Shown in pieces: positions 39,618 through 48,715 of a DNA stretch of 64,000 nt. The translations under genes and the position numbers were made by a program. The stretch spans positions 1,430-65,429 of the forward strand of contig JBOHUE010000157.1 of NCBI GenBank assembly GCA_050734185.1. The letters are read 5' to 3'. The notes below the pieces were generated by a model. The model was given only the letters and a program-made list of their open reading frames with translations. It was not told the origin of the DNA and searched no databases. Each line of letters opens with the position of its first letter. The stretch's first letter is position 1. Origin of the DNA: Candidatus Dormibacteria bacterium (lineage in GTDB: Bacteria > Chloroflexota > Dormibacteria > Aeolococcales > Aeolococcaceae).

Positions 39618-40422
39618 GCGTCAGCCTCCTACGATCCTCGCGTCCGGGCCACGCGGTCGGTCATACCGCAAACGATCGTCCCTGCGTCAGCGCCATCGGG
39701 CCTGGCCCTGAGCTTGTGGCCCGTGCGGACTCGGCGTTAGTGGGCTCGAAGCGTGGTATCGGGAGGGACCATCGCAAGCTTGCGATCTGGGGATCGACTG
39801 AGCGAGTGGAGGATGAGCACGGCCGTACCGCCGCTGGGCCGTCCTGACGGCGCCGGCAAAGCTGCTGTCGTCGATGTCTGGGAGAAACGCACCAGGTTGT
39901 TCAATCCGCTAAACGGACGCCGCTGAAAAGGCCCAGGAGGCTCGGAACGAGGACGAGTCCATGTCACAGACCTTGGCTCGGCGGGCCCTGTCCGCTCGCG
40001 CCGGACAAGCGGTCAGCATCCGCGATGACACGGCACTGGGTGGAACCATCACGTAGTCGTGGGTGGGCCTATCGGCTGGCGCTCGACATTGCTGCGTGAG
40101 CTGGCGGAGCTCTACTCCGGCCTCGACCGTAAATCCGCACCGCCTCCCGCTATAGGAAGAATTCGCTTCTTTTCCATTAGTCGACCCTCCGAGGCGAGAA
40201 TCCATAGCGGGGCGGTCGCAGGGAGACCAGACTCCCTCCACTGGGGGCTGTTTGCGCCGCGCAACAGTGGCCCTGGCAAGCCGGCCCGCCAACCAGGCCA
40301 TCCACACCCAGGCGGGCGCCCAGGACCTGCGCGACCACAAAAGAAGCGTTGCTACACGAACGGGTGTTCGCTTATCCTAGCGGTGCCTAGCATCCAGCTT
40401 TGGAGACGTCACTTTTCTTGCC

Positions 40423-41997
40423 ATGACCCCGCTTCCGCCTAACTACTCGCCAGAACTAATCTTCGGAGTAATCGGACCTGCTGGCGCGGACCTGGGTGGA
40501 GTCAGCACAGCTCTTGAGAATGAGTTGCAGCGATACCGATACAAGGCGAAGATCCTGCTGGTAAGTGACCTTTTTAGGTCGCTTCCTGGCTTTGATCACC
40601 TGGGTGGAATCACTCGACCACGAGGCCTGAACGACTATGAGGTCCTGATGTCGGCGGGCGATGCCATAAGACGTCGAGCGAACCGGAAAGACGCCGCAAT
40701 TCTCATGGCCCTAACTAGCATCATCGATTCGCACGGCGATTGGACGAAGGAGCCGCGAGACACTGCCTGGATTCTGAACTCAATCAAAACTCCTCAGGAA
40801 GCGGACCTACTCAATGTCGTATACGGTGGACGCTGCTGGCTGTTATCAGTGTTTACGAAGCGAGAGAGCCGTATTCAGCAAATAGCCGACGAACTCGCGA
40901 GGCAGCGCGGAGGCACCGTCGGGAGAGTGGAGACTCAAGAAGCGGCCGACCTTGTGGAACGCGACGAGGGCGGTGTCACCATCGACGAATTCGGTCAGAA
41001 CGTCGGGGAAGCCTTCCCGCTCGGCGACTACTTCATAGACGTCGACAGAGACGACTTACAGGCACAGTTGCAAAGGTTTCTTCGCCTTGTCTTTGCTGAC
41101 CCATTTATGACGCCACAGCGCGATGAACAACTCATGTTTGTCGCGTACGGAGCTGCAATGCGTTCGGCATCGCTTTCCAGGCAGGTGGGGGCGGCGATCT
41201 CGGTCGAAGACGGCGCCATCGTCGCCATTGGGGCAAACGAAGTACCTAAGGCCGGAGGTGGTCAATATTGGGCTGAAGACTCCAATGCGAAGGCGACTGA
41301 TGATGGCAGGCAATTTCGACAGGCAGAGGATCTGAGCGAGACAACGAAGGACGCAATGGTCCGCGAGCTGCTGGCCTCAATTGAAGAACTACTCAAGGAT
41401 CCGGTTGATTCAGTTTTCGCGTCGCTTGATCGCAAGAAGCTTCGGGTGTTTGATCTCCTCGAGTTCTATCGTGAGATGCATGCGGAGATGGCCGCGGTCA
41501 TCGACGCGGCTCGCCGAGGGGTGTCAATTCGCGAGGGCACGTTAGCCACTACAACCTTCCCCTGCCACGACTGCGCTAAGCACATTATCGGGGCGGGCAT
41601 TAGACGCGTGCTCTTCATACAGCCATACGTGAAGAGCCGAGCGGCTGAACTCCATCGCGACGCACTAGTTATAGGTCATGAGCGCCCGATAGACGTTATA
41701 TTTCAGGGCAACCCCGTGACCTTCGAGACGTACCGCGGGATAGCCCCCAAACGCTACATCGAAGTCTTTCGAATGCCGGCCCGAAAGGTGGCTGGGACTC
41801 AGGTCACCTGGCGCGAAGGCGTTGCCGAGCCACGCACTGGGTTGCTGGGATCGAAGCTAACGCAGTTTGAGGTTGTAGAGGCAGAGCGTGCTGGACAGTG
41901 GTCAGGAGTTGTGGTGCGCGAGCAAGTTTTGGGAAAGAGACTACCCACAATAATCAAGGCCTTAGAGGAGGCTATCAATGCAGAACGGACCACATGA
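40423..41997 (+). CDS. AvcD/DCD-like anti-phage deoxycytidylate/dCTP deaminase (N-terminal CMP-kinase-like domain with degenerate P-loop + C-terminal zinc deaminase)
   Basis: C-terminal CDA/dCMP-deaminase zinc motifs HAE (aa 353-355, nt about 41479) and PCHDC (aa 380-384) preceded by VGAAISVEDGAIVAIGANEV. N-terminus IFGVIGPAGADLGGVSTAL resembles the cytidylate-kinase P-loop IxGPAGxGKST but lacks the Lys. Lower GC than flanks. Confidence 0.65.
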   Translation: MTPLPPNYSPELIFGVIGPAGADLGGVSTALENELQRYRYKAKILLVSDLFRSLPGFDHLGGITRPRGLNDYEVLMSAGDAIRRRANRKDAAILMALTSIIDSHGDWTKEPRDTAWILNSIKTPQEADLLNVVYGGRCWLLSVFTKRESRIQQIADELARQRGGTVGRVETQEAADLVERDEGGVTIDEFGQNVGEAFPLGDYFIDVDRDDLQAQLQRFLRLVFADPFMTPQRDEQLMFVAYGAAMRSASLSRQVGAAISVEDGAIVAIGANEVPKAGGGQYWAEDSNAKATDDGRQFRQAEDLSETTKDAMVRELLASIEELLKDPVDSVFASLDRKKLRVFDLLEFYREMHAEMAAVIDAARRGVSIREGTLATTTFPCHDCAKHIIGAGIRRVLFIQPYVKSRAAELHRDALVIGHERPIDVIFQGNPVTFETYRGIAPKRYIEVFRMPARKVAGTQVTWREGVAEPRTGLLGSKLTQFEVVEAERAGQWSGVVVREQVLGKRLPTIIKALEEAINAERTT

Positions 41998-42286
41998 GAC
42001 TCTGTCGACCCCGGACGCGGGTGGCGAAGCGGTAACTCGAGTAGGAACGCGAGCGCAACAGGCCAGCGAATCGTGGCCCGATTGGTTGAAACGTGCGGTT
42101 GAGTCACACGAGAAAGCATTCGAGAGTGAGAAGAAGCGCAATGGCGACGGAGATAGCTCGGGAATGGCTTAAATGTTGCCCGTTTGCTTCCCTTACATAG
42201 AGAGACCGCCCCATCGGAGCGCCTTCGTCCGGTTACGCGGCGCGGATCGCTGCTGAGCCGCTAGGCGTGCACCGGGAGAGAGAAGA

Positions 42287-43729
42287 ATGCGATTTAGCGA
42301 GTACTTCGGCGTCGCTGCCGCCGGCGTGGAGTGGTACGACCCAGTACTCACTGAGGACACTCCACTATATGTGGACCCGTTTCTTGTCTACGAAGATGCT
42401 GATCCTTTTTGGGCCAGCTCACATGACATCGTTGTCGAGTTCTTTGCGACCGCGCTGGGGCTGGTCCGCCGTGCGCCCGATAGGCGCCAGTCCGTGCATT
42501 GGCGCAAGGCGGAAAGACTTCTCACGTTCCCGGAACCCAAGGAGTTCGCGCTCGGCCTCGCTATGGGGACACCGGTTGGGTCAGGCACGGGAAGGGAATT
42601 CGCGCATGTCATGGCAGGGGCGTTGGGCGTCGTCGCCGGAAGCGGCATCAGTCAGGTCGAGTTTGTAGAGCTGTTCACGCTCTTTGCGCAGGGGCTGGGC
42701 CCCGATCGGATCAGCGATATCCTCTGTAACATCCTCAAGGCGCAGTTCATCGGCTACACACAGTCGATTGCGAAAGAGTTGGGGATTCAGTTATCGCCGA
42801 TACCGACCCGACACGTCAGGTGGAGCGCTGCGAGCACGCGGTGGGAGGACGGACTGTGTCTTCTGCCGCTAAGCCCGGTCACCAACGCAGGTATCCTCTT
42901 AACGCCGCATCGCTTCCTCAAGAACATCCCAACCGTAACGGCTCTGGGCTTCTGGAATTGGGCTGAGACGAGTGCCAGCCAAATTCTCCGCGACGACCTC
43001 AACTACGACCTCGCCGAGCATCTAAGCCGAAGCGAGCGGGAGAGGCGCGCCCGCGAGCTTGCGCATCTACGGCCGCCCCTGGCGCTTAGCTATCTGCAGC
43101 ACGTGGCGGAGGATGTCGAGCACGCTCCATACAATGTTGAAGACGATCCCGACCTACTAGTTGGTTGGCACGAGGCCGGTCGGCTCGCATTCGATCCTGG
43201 CTTGGCGCCAGATGGAGATCCACCGGAGGCTGACTTCTGCATTTGGGTAGGTGATCTGCTGGATCGCTTTCGGCATGCCGTAGAGGAAACGGATTTGTGG
43301 CGCGTGCTATGGAATGACGCTTTGACGAAGCCTCGAGCTGAGAAGATTGTCCAGGCGGTTGCAGGAAGTGTTCTGGCTCCCTACTGCGAAGCCGCTGATG
43401 TTGACCTATCGCGTGAGGCGAATATCGGTCGCGGCGCGGTCGATTTCAAGTTCGCTCGAGGCTGGAAGAAGCGCGCTCTCACGGAAGCTAAGTTGATATC
43501 AAGCAGTCATTTCGACAAGGGAGCCGGAAAGCAACTACCTCAGTATCTGAAAAGTGAACGCATCGAGTGCGGGTACTATTTGTGTGTTGGATTCTTCAAC
43601 GGCGATTTCGAAGGCGATCGCCTATCCAGAGTTACTGAAACGTGTCGGGTGTTATCCGAGCAAATGGGACGTCCGATAGCTCCAGTCATCGTTGATGCTA
43701 GACCCAAGGAATCCGCCTCAAAGTTGTAG
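42287..43729 (+). CDS. hypothetical protein, possible C-terminal PD-(D/E)xK nuclease fold
   Basis: 480 aa, no recognised family; C-terminal GAVDFKF...ALTEAKLIS fits a D...ExK nuclease core; island codon usage. Confidence 0.5.
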   Translation: MRFSEYFGVAAAGVEWYDPVLTEDTPLYVDPFLVYEDADPFWASSHDIVVEFFATALGLVRRAPDRRQSVHWRKAERLLTFPEPKEFALGLAMGTPVGSGTGREFAHVMAGALGVVAGSGISQVEFVELFTLFAQGLGPDRISDILCNILKAQFIGYTQSIAKELGIQLSPIPTRHVRWSAASTRWEDGLCLLPLSPVTNAGILLTPHRFLKNIPTVTALGFWNWAETSASQILRDDLNYDLAEHLSRSERERRARELAHLRPPLALSYLQHVAEDVEHAPYNVEDDPDLLVGWHEAGRLAFDPGLAPDGDPPEADFCIWVGDLLDRFRHAVEETDLWRVLWNDALTKPRAEKIVQAVAGSVLAPYCEAADVDLSREANIGRGAVDFKFARGWKKRALTEAKLISSSHFDKGAGKQLPQYLKSERIECGYYLCVGFFNGDFEGDRLSRVTETCRVLSEQMGRPIAPVIVDARPKESASKL

Positions 43730-43758
43730 TCCTCCACACGGAGCTCTCCGTATCCATA

Positions 43759-43802
43759 CCGCGTTGGCCATTACATCGCACCGCGTTGGCCATTACATCG
43801 CA
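43759..43802. repeat. perfect 22-bp tandem direct repeat x2 (CCGCGTTGGCCATTACATCGCA)
   Basis: Seen directly, 30 bp after the stop of 42287..43729. Confidence 0.8.
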
Positions 43803-43980
43803 GCGGGATGCTGCGATAACGGGCTCGCAAGTTTGATGGGGCTTGGCTACTTTGGCGTTGGTCGAGGCCACAAGTGCCACCACGGCGTCGGTTAGCTGAG
43901 CTCCTCGGTTGTCCACGGGCCTGCTCGTCGAGACGCTCGACGCACTCTCTGGGCTCGGCTAGATTCAGCTAGAGGAGGCT

Positions 43981-44010
43981 GTGTGATAAGGCCGCGGCGC
44001 CTCATCACAC
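43981..44010. promoter_or_regulatory. 30-bp near-perfect palindrome GTGTGATAAGG-CCGCGGCG-CCTCATCACAC (candidate operator or terminator)
   Basis: 11-bp arms with 1 mismatch around an 8-bp CG loop, about 100 bp upstream of the first HNH gene. Confidence 0.4.
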
Positions 44011-44107
44011 CCATGTTCGTCGATTGGCCCCTCTAACCCATCACGAATGAGGCGCCGGGAATCCGTCGTAGGCGTTCGGGAGGGGCCCGTTTGCCGTCGC
44101 GTCATCC

Positions 44108-45082
44108 ATGACGCTTGACCAGCTTCGGTGGCATAGTTGCGCATACTTCGGGATGGCCGCTCAATTCGCTGACGAGCCGGTGCGCTCCGCCGCCTTTGCA
44201 TTCCTCGCCGACCAGGCGCGGATCCGCGATCAGCCGTGGCCGCCTGTACTTCCACGGTCCCTCCTGCAAGCTGGCTTTGAGTTTGGCGGTCAGCGGGTTC
44301 CGCTCGTCGGCCCGCAGGGGATCTTCAAGCCGGCGGCGCTCCCCGGAACGATCCCACTCAGCATCACCACGGCTCCACCGGTGCTGCATCACGATGCCCC
44401 ATACGACGACGAGTTCGGGTACGGCCACCTCGTCTATCGCTATCGCGGCATCGATCCAAGCCATCACGAGAACGTGGGGCTGCGATCCGCGATCAAAACG
44501 CAGACGCCGCTGATCTACTTCCACGGCATCGTTCCCGGTTCCTACCTCGCGACGTGGCCGGTGTATATCGTGGGAGATCGTCCCGAGCAGTTGGCGTTTA
44601 CGGTTGCTTTCGAGCCGGGCGCTGTCGAACGGCTTCCTGAGGCGCAGCTCATGGAAGAAGACGCGAGGAGGGCATATGCAGAGCGCCTCGTCTTGCAGCG
44701 CCTCCACCAGGCTGGGTTTCGTGAGCGAGTACTGACTGCGTATCGGCGGTGCTGCGCACTGTGTCGGTTACGACACGCACCGTTGCTCGACGCGGCCCAC
44801 ATCATTGCGGACGGCCGGCCACGCGGAGAGCCGGTAGTGAGCAACGGCCTGGCGCTTTGCAAACTCCATCACGCGGCATTCGACGCGAACATCATCGGGA
44901 TCCGGCCGGATCGCGTTGTCGAAGTCAGGCAGGAGGTCCTTAGTGAGACGGATGGCCCGATGCTCGTCCACGGCTTGCAAGAGGTCCACGGGTCGCGGAT
45001 CTGGACGCCGCGTTCACCGGAGCTGCAGCCAACCGCGGCCCGACTTGAGGAACGCTATGAAGAGTTCCAGAAGGCCGGGTGA
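44108..45082 (+). CDS. HNH endonuclease (PF13391-like) with N-terminal reader-like domain; type IV restriction candidate
   Basis: HNH motif CALCRLRHAPLLDAAHIIA...NGLALCKLHHAAFD; N-terminal about 190 aa of unknown or PUA-like fold. Confidence 0.7.
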   Translation: MTLDQLRWHSCAYFGMAAQFADEPVRSAAFAFLADQARIRDQPWPPVLPRSLLQAGFEFGGQRVPLVGPQGIFKPAALPGTIPLSITTAPPVLHHDAPYDDEFGYGHLVYRYRGIDPSHHENVGLRSAIKTQTPLIYFHGIVPGSYLATWPVYIVGDRPEQLAFTVAFEPGAVERLPEAQLMEEDARRAYAERLVLQRLHQAGFRERVLTAYRRCCALCRLRHAPLLDAAHIIADGRPRGEPVVSNGLALCKLHHAAFDANIIGIRPDRVVEVRQEVLSETDGPMLVHGLQEVHGSRIWTPRSPELQPTAARLEERYEEFQKAG

Positions 45083-46020
45083 CAATGGGGCGCGTGTTCG
45101 TCGCCGTCACCGACTACGACTGGTATCGGAAGCTGCGGCAGATCCCCGATGTCGACGAGGTGAACTTCTGGCAGCCCAGCGGTGGTCGGAGATTCGGCGC
45201 AATCGGGGTTGGCGAGATGTTCCTCTTCAAGCTGCACGCGCCCTACAACGTCATCATTGGTGGTGGTTTCTTCGCACGCCACACAACGCTTCCGCTCCAT
45301 TTGGCCTGGGAATTCTTTGGGCTCAAGAATGGCGCAAGCAGCGAGGAGGAAATGGTCGTCAGGGTGGCACGCTACGTTGATAGCCTCAAGGGCGTGTCGG
45401 CGCTGCAGCGGAGCAAACACCCGATCGGCTGCGTGCTCCTCGAGCAACCGTTTTTCTTCCCAGAGACCGAATGGATTCCCCAACCCGCAGATTGGGCCCG
45501 GAACATCGTGCAGGGCCGCGGTTACGACCTCGCCGAGGCGACGGGCCAGAGCCTGCTAACAAGCGTCAGCGAGCGCTTGGCAGGTGAGTCCGTTGTGCTG
45601 CTTGATGAGGCGACCGGCCGGTACGGAGCACCAACTCTGGTGCGCCACCGCCTCGGACAGGGATCGTTCCGCGCTGCCGTGACTGACGCCTACCACCGTC
45701 AATGTGCCGTCACCGGAGACCGGGTCCTCTATGTGCTCGACGCGGCTCACATCCGGCCGTTCGCTCGGGGTGGTGAGCACAGCGTGAACAACGGGTTGCT
45801 TCTTCGGAGCGACCTTCACACGTTGTTCGATCGCGGGTATCTGGCGGTCGACCCACAACATAGGGTCCAGGTGAGTCGCCGGCTGCGCGAGGAGTTCGAC
45901 AACGGGAGAGAGTACTACGCACTGGAAGGCCGTCGCCTGCTCCTGCCGGCGGAGCGCGTCGACCTCCCCGATTCCGGTTTGCTGGCTTGGCATCGGCACG
46001 AGGTCTTCGTCGCTGCGTGA
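45079..46020 (+). CDS. EVE/PUA-like-domain HNH endonuclease (PF13391-like); type IV restriction candidate
   Basis: ATGA overlap with the upstream HNH gene; N-terminal EVE-like FWQPSGG...GEMFLFKLHAPYNVIIGGGFFA; HNH motif CAVTG...LDAAHIRPF...NNGLLLRSDLHTLFDRGYLAV. Confidence 0.7.
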   Translation: MTMGRVFVAVTDYDWYRKLRQIPDVDEVNFWQPSGGRRFGAIGVGEMFLFKLHAPYNVIIGGGFFARHTTLPLHLAWEFFGLKNGASSEEEMVVRVARYVDSLKGVSALQRSKHPIGCVLLEQPFFFPETEWIPQPADWARNIVQGRGYDLAEATGQSLLTSVSERLAGESVVLLDEATGRYGAPTLVRHRLGQGSFRAAVTDAYHRQCAVTGDRVLYVLDAAHIRPFARGGEHSVNNGLLLRSDLHTLFDRGYLAVDPQHRVQVSRRLREEFDNGREYYALEGRRLLLPAERVDLPDSGLLAWHRHEVFVAA

Positions 46021-46102
46021 CGTGCACACCTTCCGCGATGTGGAGGCACTTGGGAGGATTTTCCAGGCTCGTCCCGACTTTAGTGGAGTCACATTCTTGG
46101 AC

Positions 46103-46411
46103 TCACGCTGCCGTCGTAGGCTGATGCTGAGCCTCGAACTCGACTGGCGTCAGCAAAACCAGTGACATATCGTGGCGCTGGCGGTTGTGGAAGATCTCCA
46201 GGTACTCGAAGATCACGCTTGCGAGCTCAACCGGCGTCGACCAACCTGGCCAGGTCGCTTGAGCTGGTGCAACTCCGGCCGTGCGGACCCAGCAAGTGCG
46301 GGGTGTTACGCGTTCTCCAGCGCCGGGAGTGTTTCCACCACCACCTCCGTCGACCGTTGCGTCAGCTTGGCCACTGACCCGCCGCTGAAGTAGCGGCGAC
46401 GAACGGCACAT
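46103..46411 (-). pseudogene. IS3-family transposase (integrase core) C-terminal fragment
   Basis: IFEYLEIFHNRQRHDMSLVLLTPVEFEA matches the conserved C-terminal tail of IS3 OrfB (IFEYIEvFYNRxRRHSxLGYxSPxEFE); no upstream catalytic region present. Confidence 0.5.
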
Positions 46412-46775
46412 TCATCGTGCTGCTCCTTGAGCACGGCACGGACCAAGCGCAGCAACGAGTGGCGGTTGGAAACATGCCGACCACGTCGCAGCGTCGGCTG
46501 ACCTCCTAGTTAAGCCGCTCCGGGAGTTCGTGGACCAGATCACGCGGCGGTGCCCGACCGGGAACCCGTAATACGCGAGCACGTCGTCCTGGGCTGCCCC
46601 GGGGCACGTCACGAGCTTGGCGAAACGCTTCTCGAAGAGCCTGCACACGCGACCAACGGCGGCTTTTGGCTGTGACGCGATCGGGTGGGCAAAGAGGGTG
46701 CGAATCGTGGCGGCCGACATCCGGTGCGCAGCCTTCCGAACGGTGGCCAACGCGTTTCTCATGACGTGCACGGCC
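46412..46775 (-). pseudogene. IS256/Mutator-family transposase internal fragment
   Basis: VHVMRNALATV...LAYYGFPVGHRRVIWSTNSRSGLTRR matches the IS256 conserved block (CxVHxxRN...FPxxHWxxxRTTNxIE); truncated at both ends. Confidence 0.5.
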
Positions 46776-46857
46776 GCTCGGCCACCTGGCCCCGACGAAC
46801 ACCTACCGAGAGACGACCTGTTGACCCTGAACGAGCACTCTGGAAACATCCCGTCCG

Positions 46858-47452
46858 AATGGACATTGACGAAGTTCAACGATCGAGAGCGATCGCACGA
46901 CTTGGCAAGCTTGGCGGGTTCGCTCCCCCGGCTGGCGAAGCCCTCGTCGATGCCGCCATCGCCGGCGCTATCGACCATGCATTTGAGTTGATTAATGGCT
47001 CGGGCGCTGTTCCGACGAGCATGACAACTAGTAAGGCTGACCAGCTGCGTTTCATCTGCGAGCGCGCGGGGCGCCTCTTGTCCCAACGGGAGGTGGAAAT
47101 TCTGTTCCGCGTGACAGCGACAGCAGCACGAACGATCCTGACGACAATGCTCGCCACGTACGAGGAGGCTCTGCGTGAGAAGTTCGTGGCGCGCATGCGT
47201 AGCGATGCGCTGGTAGAACCCAGCGGCAGCGACGATGCTGGACTAAGCTGGACGCTGCGATTTACTGAGTCGGGCACTCTCGATACCGCCTGGAGTGAAG
47301 TCGTTCGACTTGGCATCGCAAGTCTTGGTGACATCAGCTCGTCACGGCGAACACTGACGATTCCTCGTAGCGCCACCATCCAGGGTGAGTCTATTGACGT
47401 TCTCGCCGCGCTTGGGCTGGAGCAACCAGCGACGCGTCCATCAAGGCGGTGA
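46858..47452 (+). CDS. hypothetical protein (island cargo)
   Basis: 198-aa ORF from ATG at 46858 with island-like (lower GC) codon usage; no recognised domain; partly overlaps the upstream part of the IS256-fragment ORF, which is non-homologous. Confidence 0.35.
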
Positions 47453-47793
47453 ATTCTCTCGCTGACCAGATCGGGCAGGCCGGTAGTCTGCTAGGTTTGC
47501 TGTTGGCGCTCGACACGCTATTTACCGCTGTCCAAGCACAGGCGCTCGCTGACGAACGGAACCACGAGGGTGGGGCAAGGCCTAAGCGCGTGAGAACCAT
47601 TCGTACTATTGCTATCGGTCTTGCAGTCGTTACGGTTTCAGCACTCGTCGCGCTATTTCCCCTCGTTCGAGATGTCTTGGCTACGATTGGCACCGGCAAT
47701 TGGGAGCCCGTGCTAGGCGTTTTCGATCTCACATGGCTCCTCCTCGCCGCACTCGCTATCTGGCAAGGGTGGATTGCATTGAGAAGCGGGTAG
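47449..47793 (+). CDS. small two-TM membrane protein
   Basis: GTG start overlapping the upstream TGA; two hydrophobic helices (LLGLLLALDTLFTAV, IAIGLAVVTVSALVALFPLV). Confidence 0.35.
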   Translation: MNSLADQIGQAGSLLGLLLALDTLFTAVQAQALADERNHEGGARPKRVRTIRTIAIGLAVVTVSALVALFPLVRDVLATIGTGNWEPVLGVFDLTWLLLAALAIWQGWIALRSG

Positions 47794-48314
47794 GCGTGGA
47801 TCCCGCCAGAGCCGATCGATGCCACTCCACAGCCCGAGACGCACGCCGCTCGGAGAGGTTGAGTTCTCCCGCGCGGACCACGGCTCACGCCGGCGGGTCG
47901 GGCTCACAAGTTGGCCCGTGCTACCTCGCGCAGTACCTCAAGGTCGAGCGCCTGGTCGCGACAGCTTGCGCAACCAATCGGCGTCGTCCGCCTTCATGCC
48001 GCCGTATTAGTTGCGCCAAGTGAAAAGTCTGCTCGCTGATCTCCAGCGTCGTCGTCACACCCGCAAATGACACGAGCGTCGGCCAGCAGCCGGTCACGCC
48101 TCCCTGAGTCTGCGCACGATCTGTTGTGTTGTGTGCTTGCGCCCTTTACAAGTGGTTTCTGCTTGCCCTTGTGGGCCTACGAGAACTCTCGTATCAGGTG
48201 GACCGACGTCAGGGGTCGGGCCACAGGGTCCAATGCATGCAAGTGACTGGGCTATCGTAGCGTGAGGGTGTCGCACCCCGAACGTTGCGTGTGTGAGCGC
48301 GCAACGCCGCGCGA

Positions 48315-48715
48315 ATGGATGATTGGCTCAGGAGAGTCGGAATGACTGGTCTGGAATGGCAGCGAGAGCCGGGCGTCTATTTCATTTACGACGTAGGGAA
48401 CGATCGCGTGAAGATTGGATATGCGACGGATCCGTACGACCGCATGACGACGCTGAAGACCGGAAATTCACAACAGCTCTTGCTCCTTGCTGTTGCAGTG
48501 CGAGAACGAAACACGATGAGCGTGCTTACCACGCTCAGTTCGCTGGCGATCTGGTCGAGGGGTCGCGCGAGTGGTTCAAGCCCAGTGGGCGGCTGAAGGC
48601 GCTCATCGAAGCCGTACAGCACAATTACGGCAACCATGGCGCCTATCCAGCCCCGTCCGGCGGGTTGCTTCGCTATCGCGTGCGGGGCGGCCCCGACGGA
48701 AGGCAGCGTCGCTAA
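48315..48715 (+). pseudogene. T5orf172 / GIY-YIG-like domain protein, frameshifted
   Basis: N-half in the frame of 48315 (GVYFIYDVGNDRVKIGYATDPYDRMTTLKTGNSQQLLLLAV). C-half (ERAYHAQFAGDLVEGSREWFKPSGRLKALIEAV) continues in the frame of track ORF 48323..48715. Shift lies at about 48490-48510. Confidence 0.55.

Noticed and set aside
39737-40340. Minus-strand ORFs in the leader upstream of the AvcD-like gene
   Set aside because: No RBS, poor codon bias, no domain; the region is treated as noncoding/regulatory.
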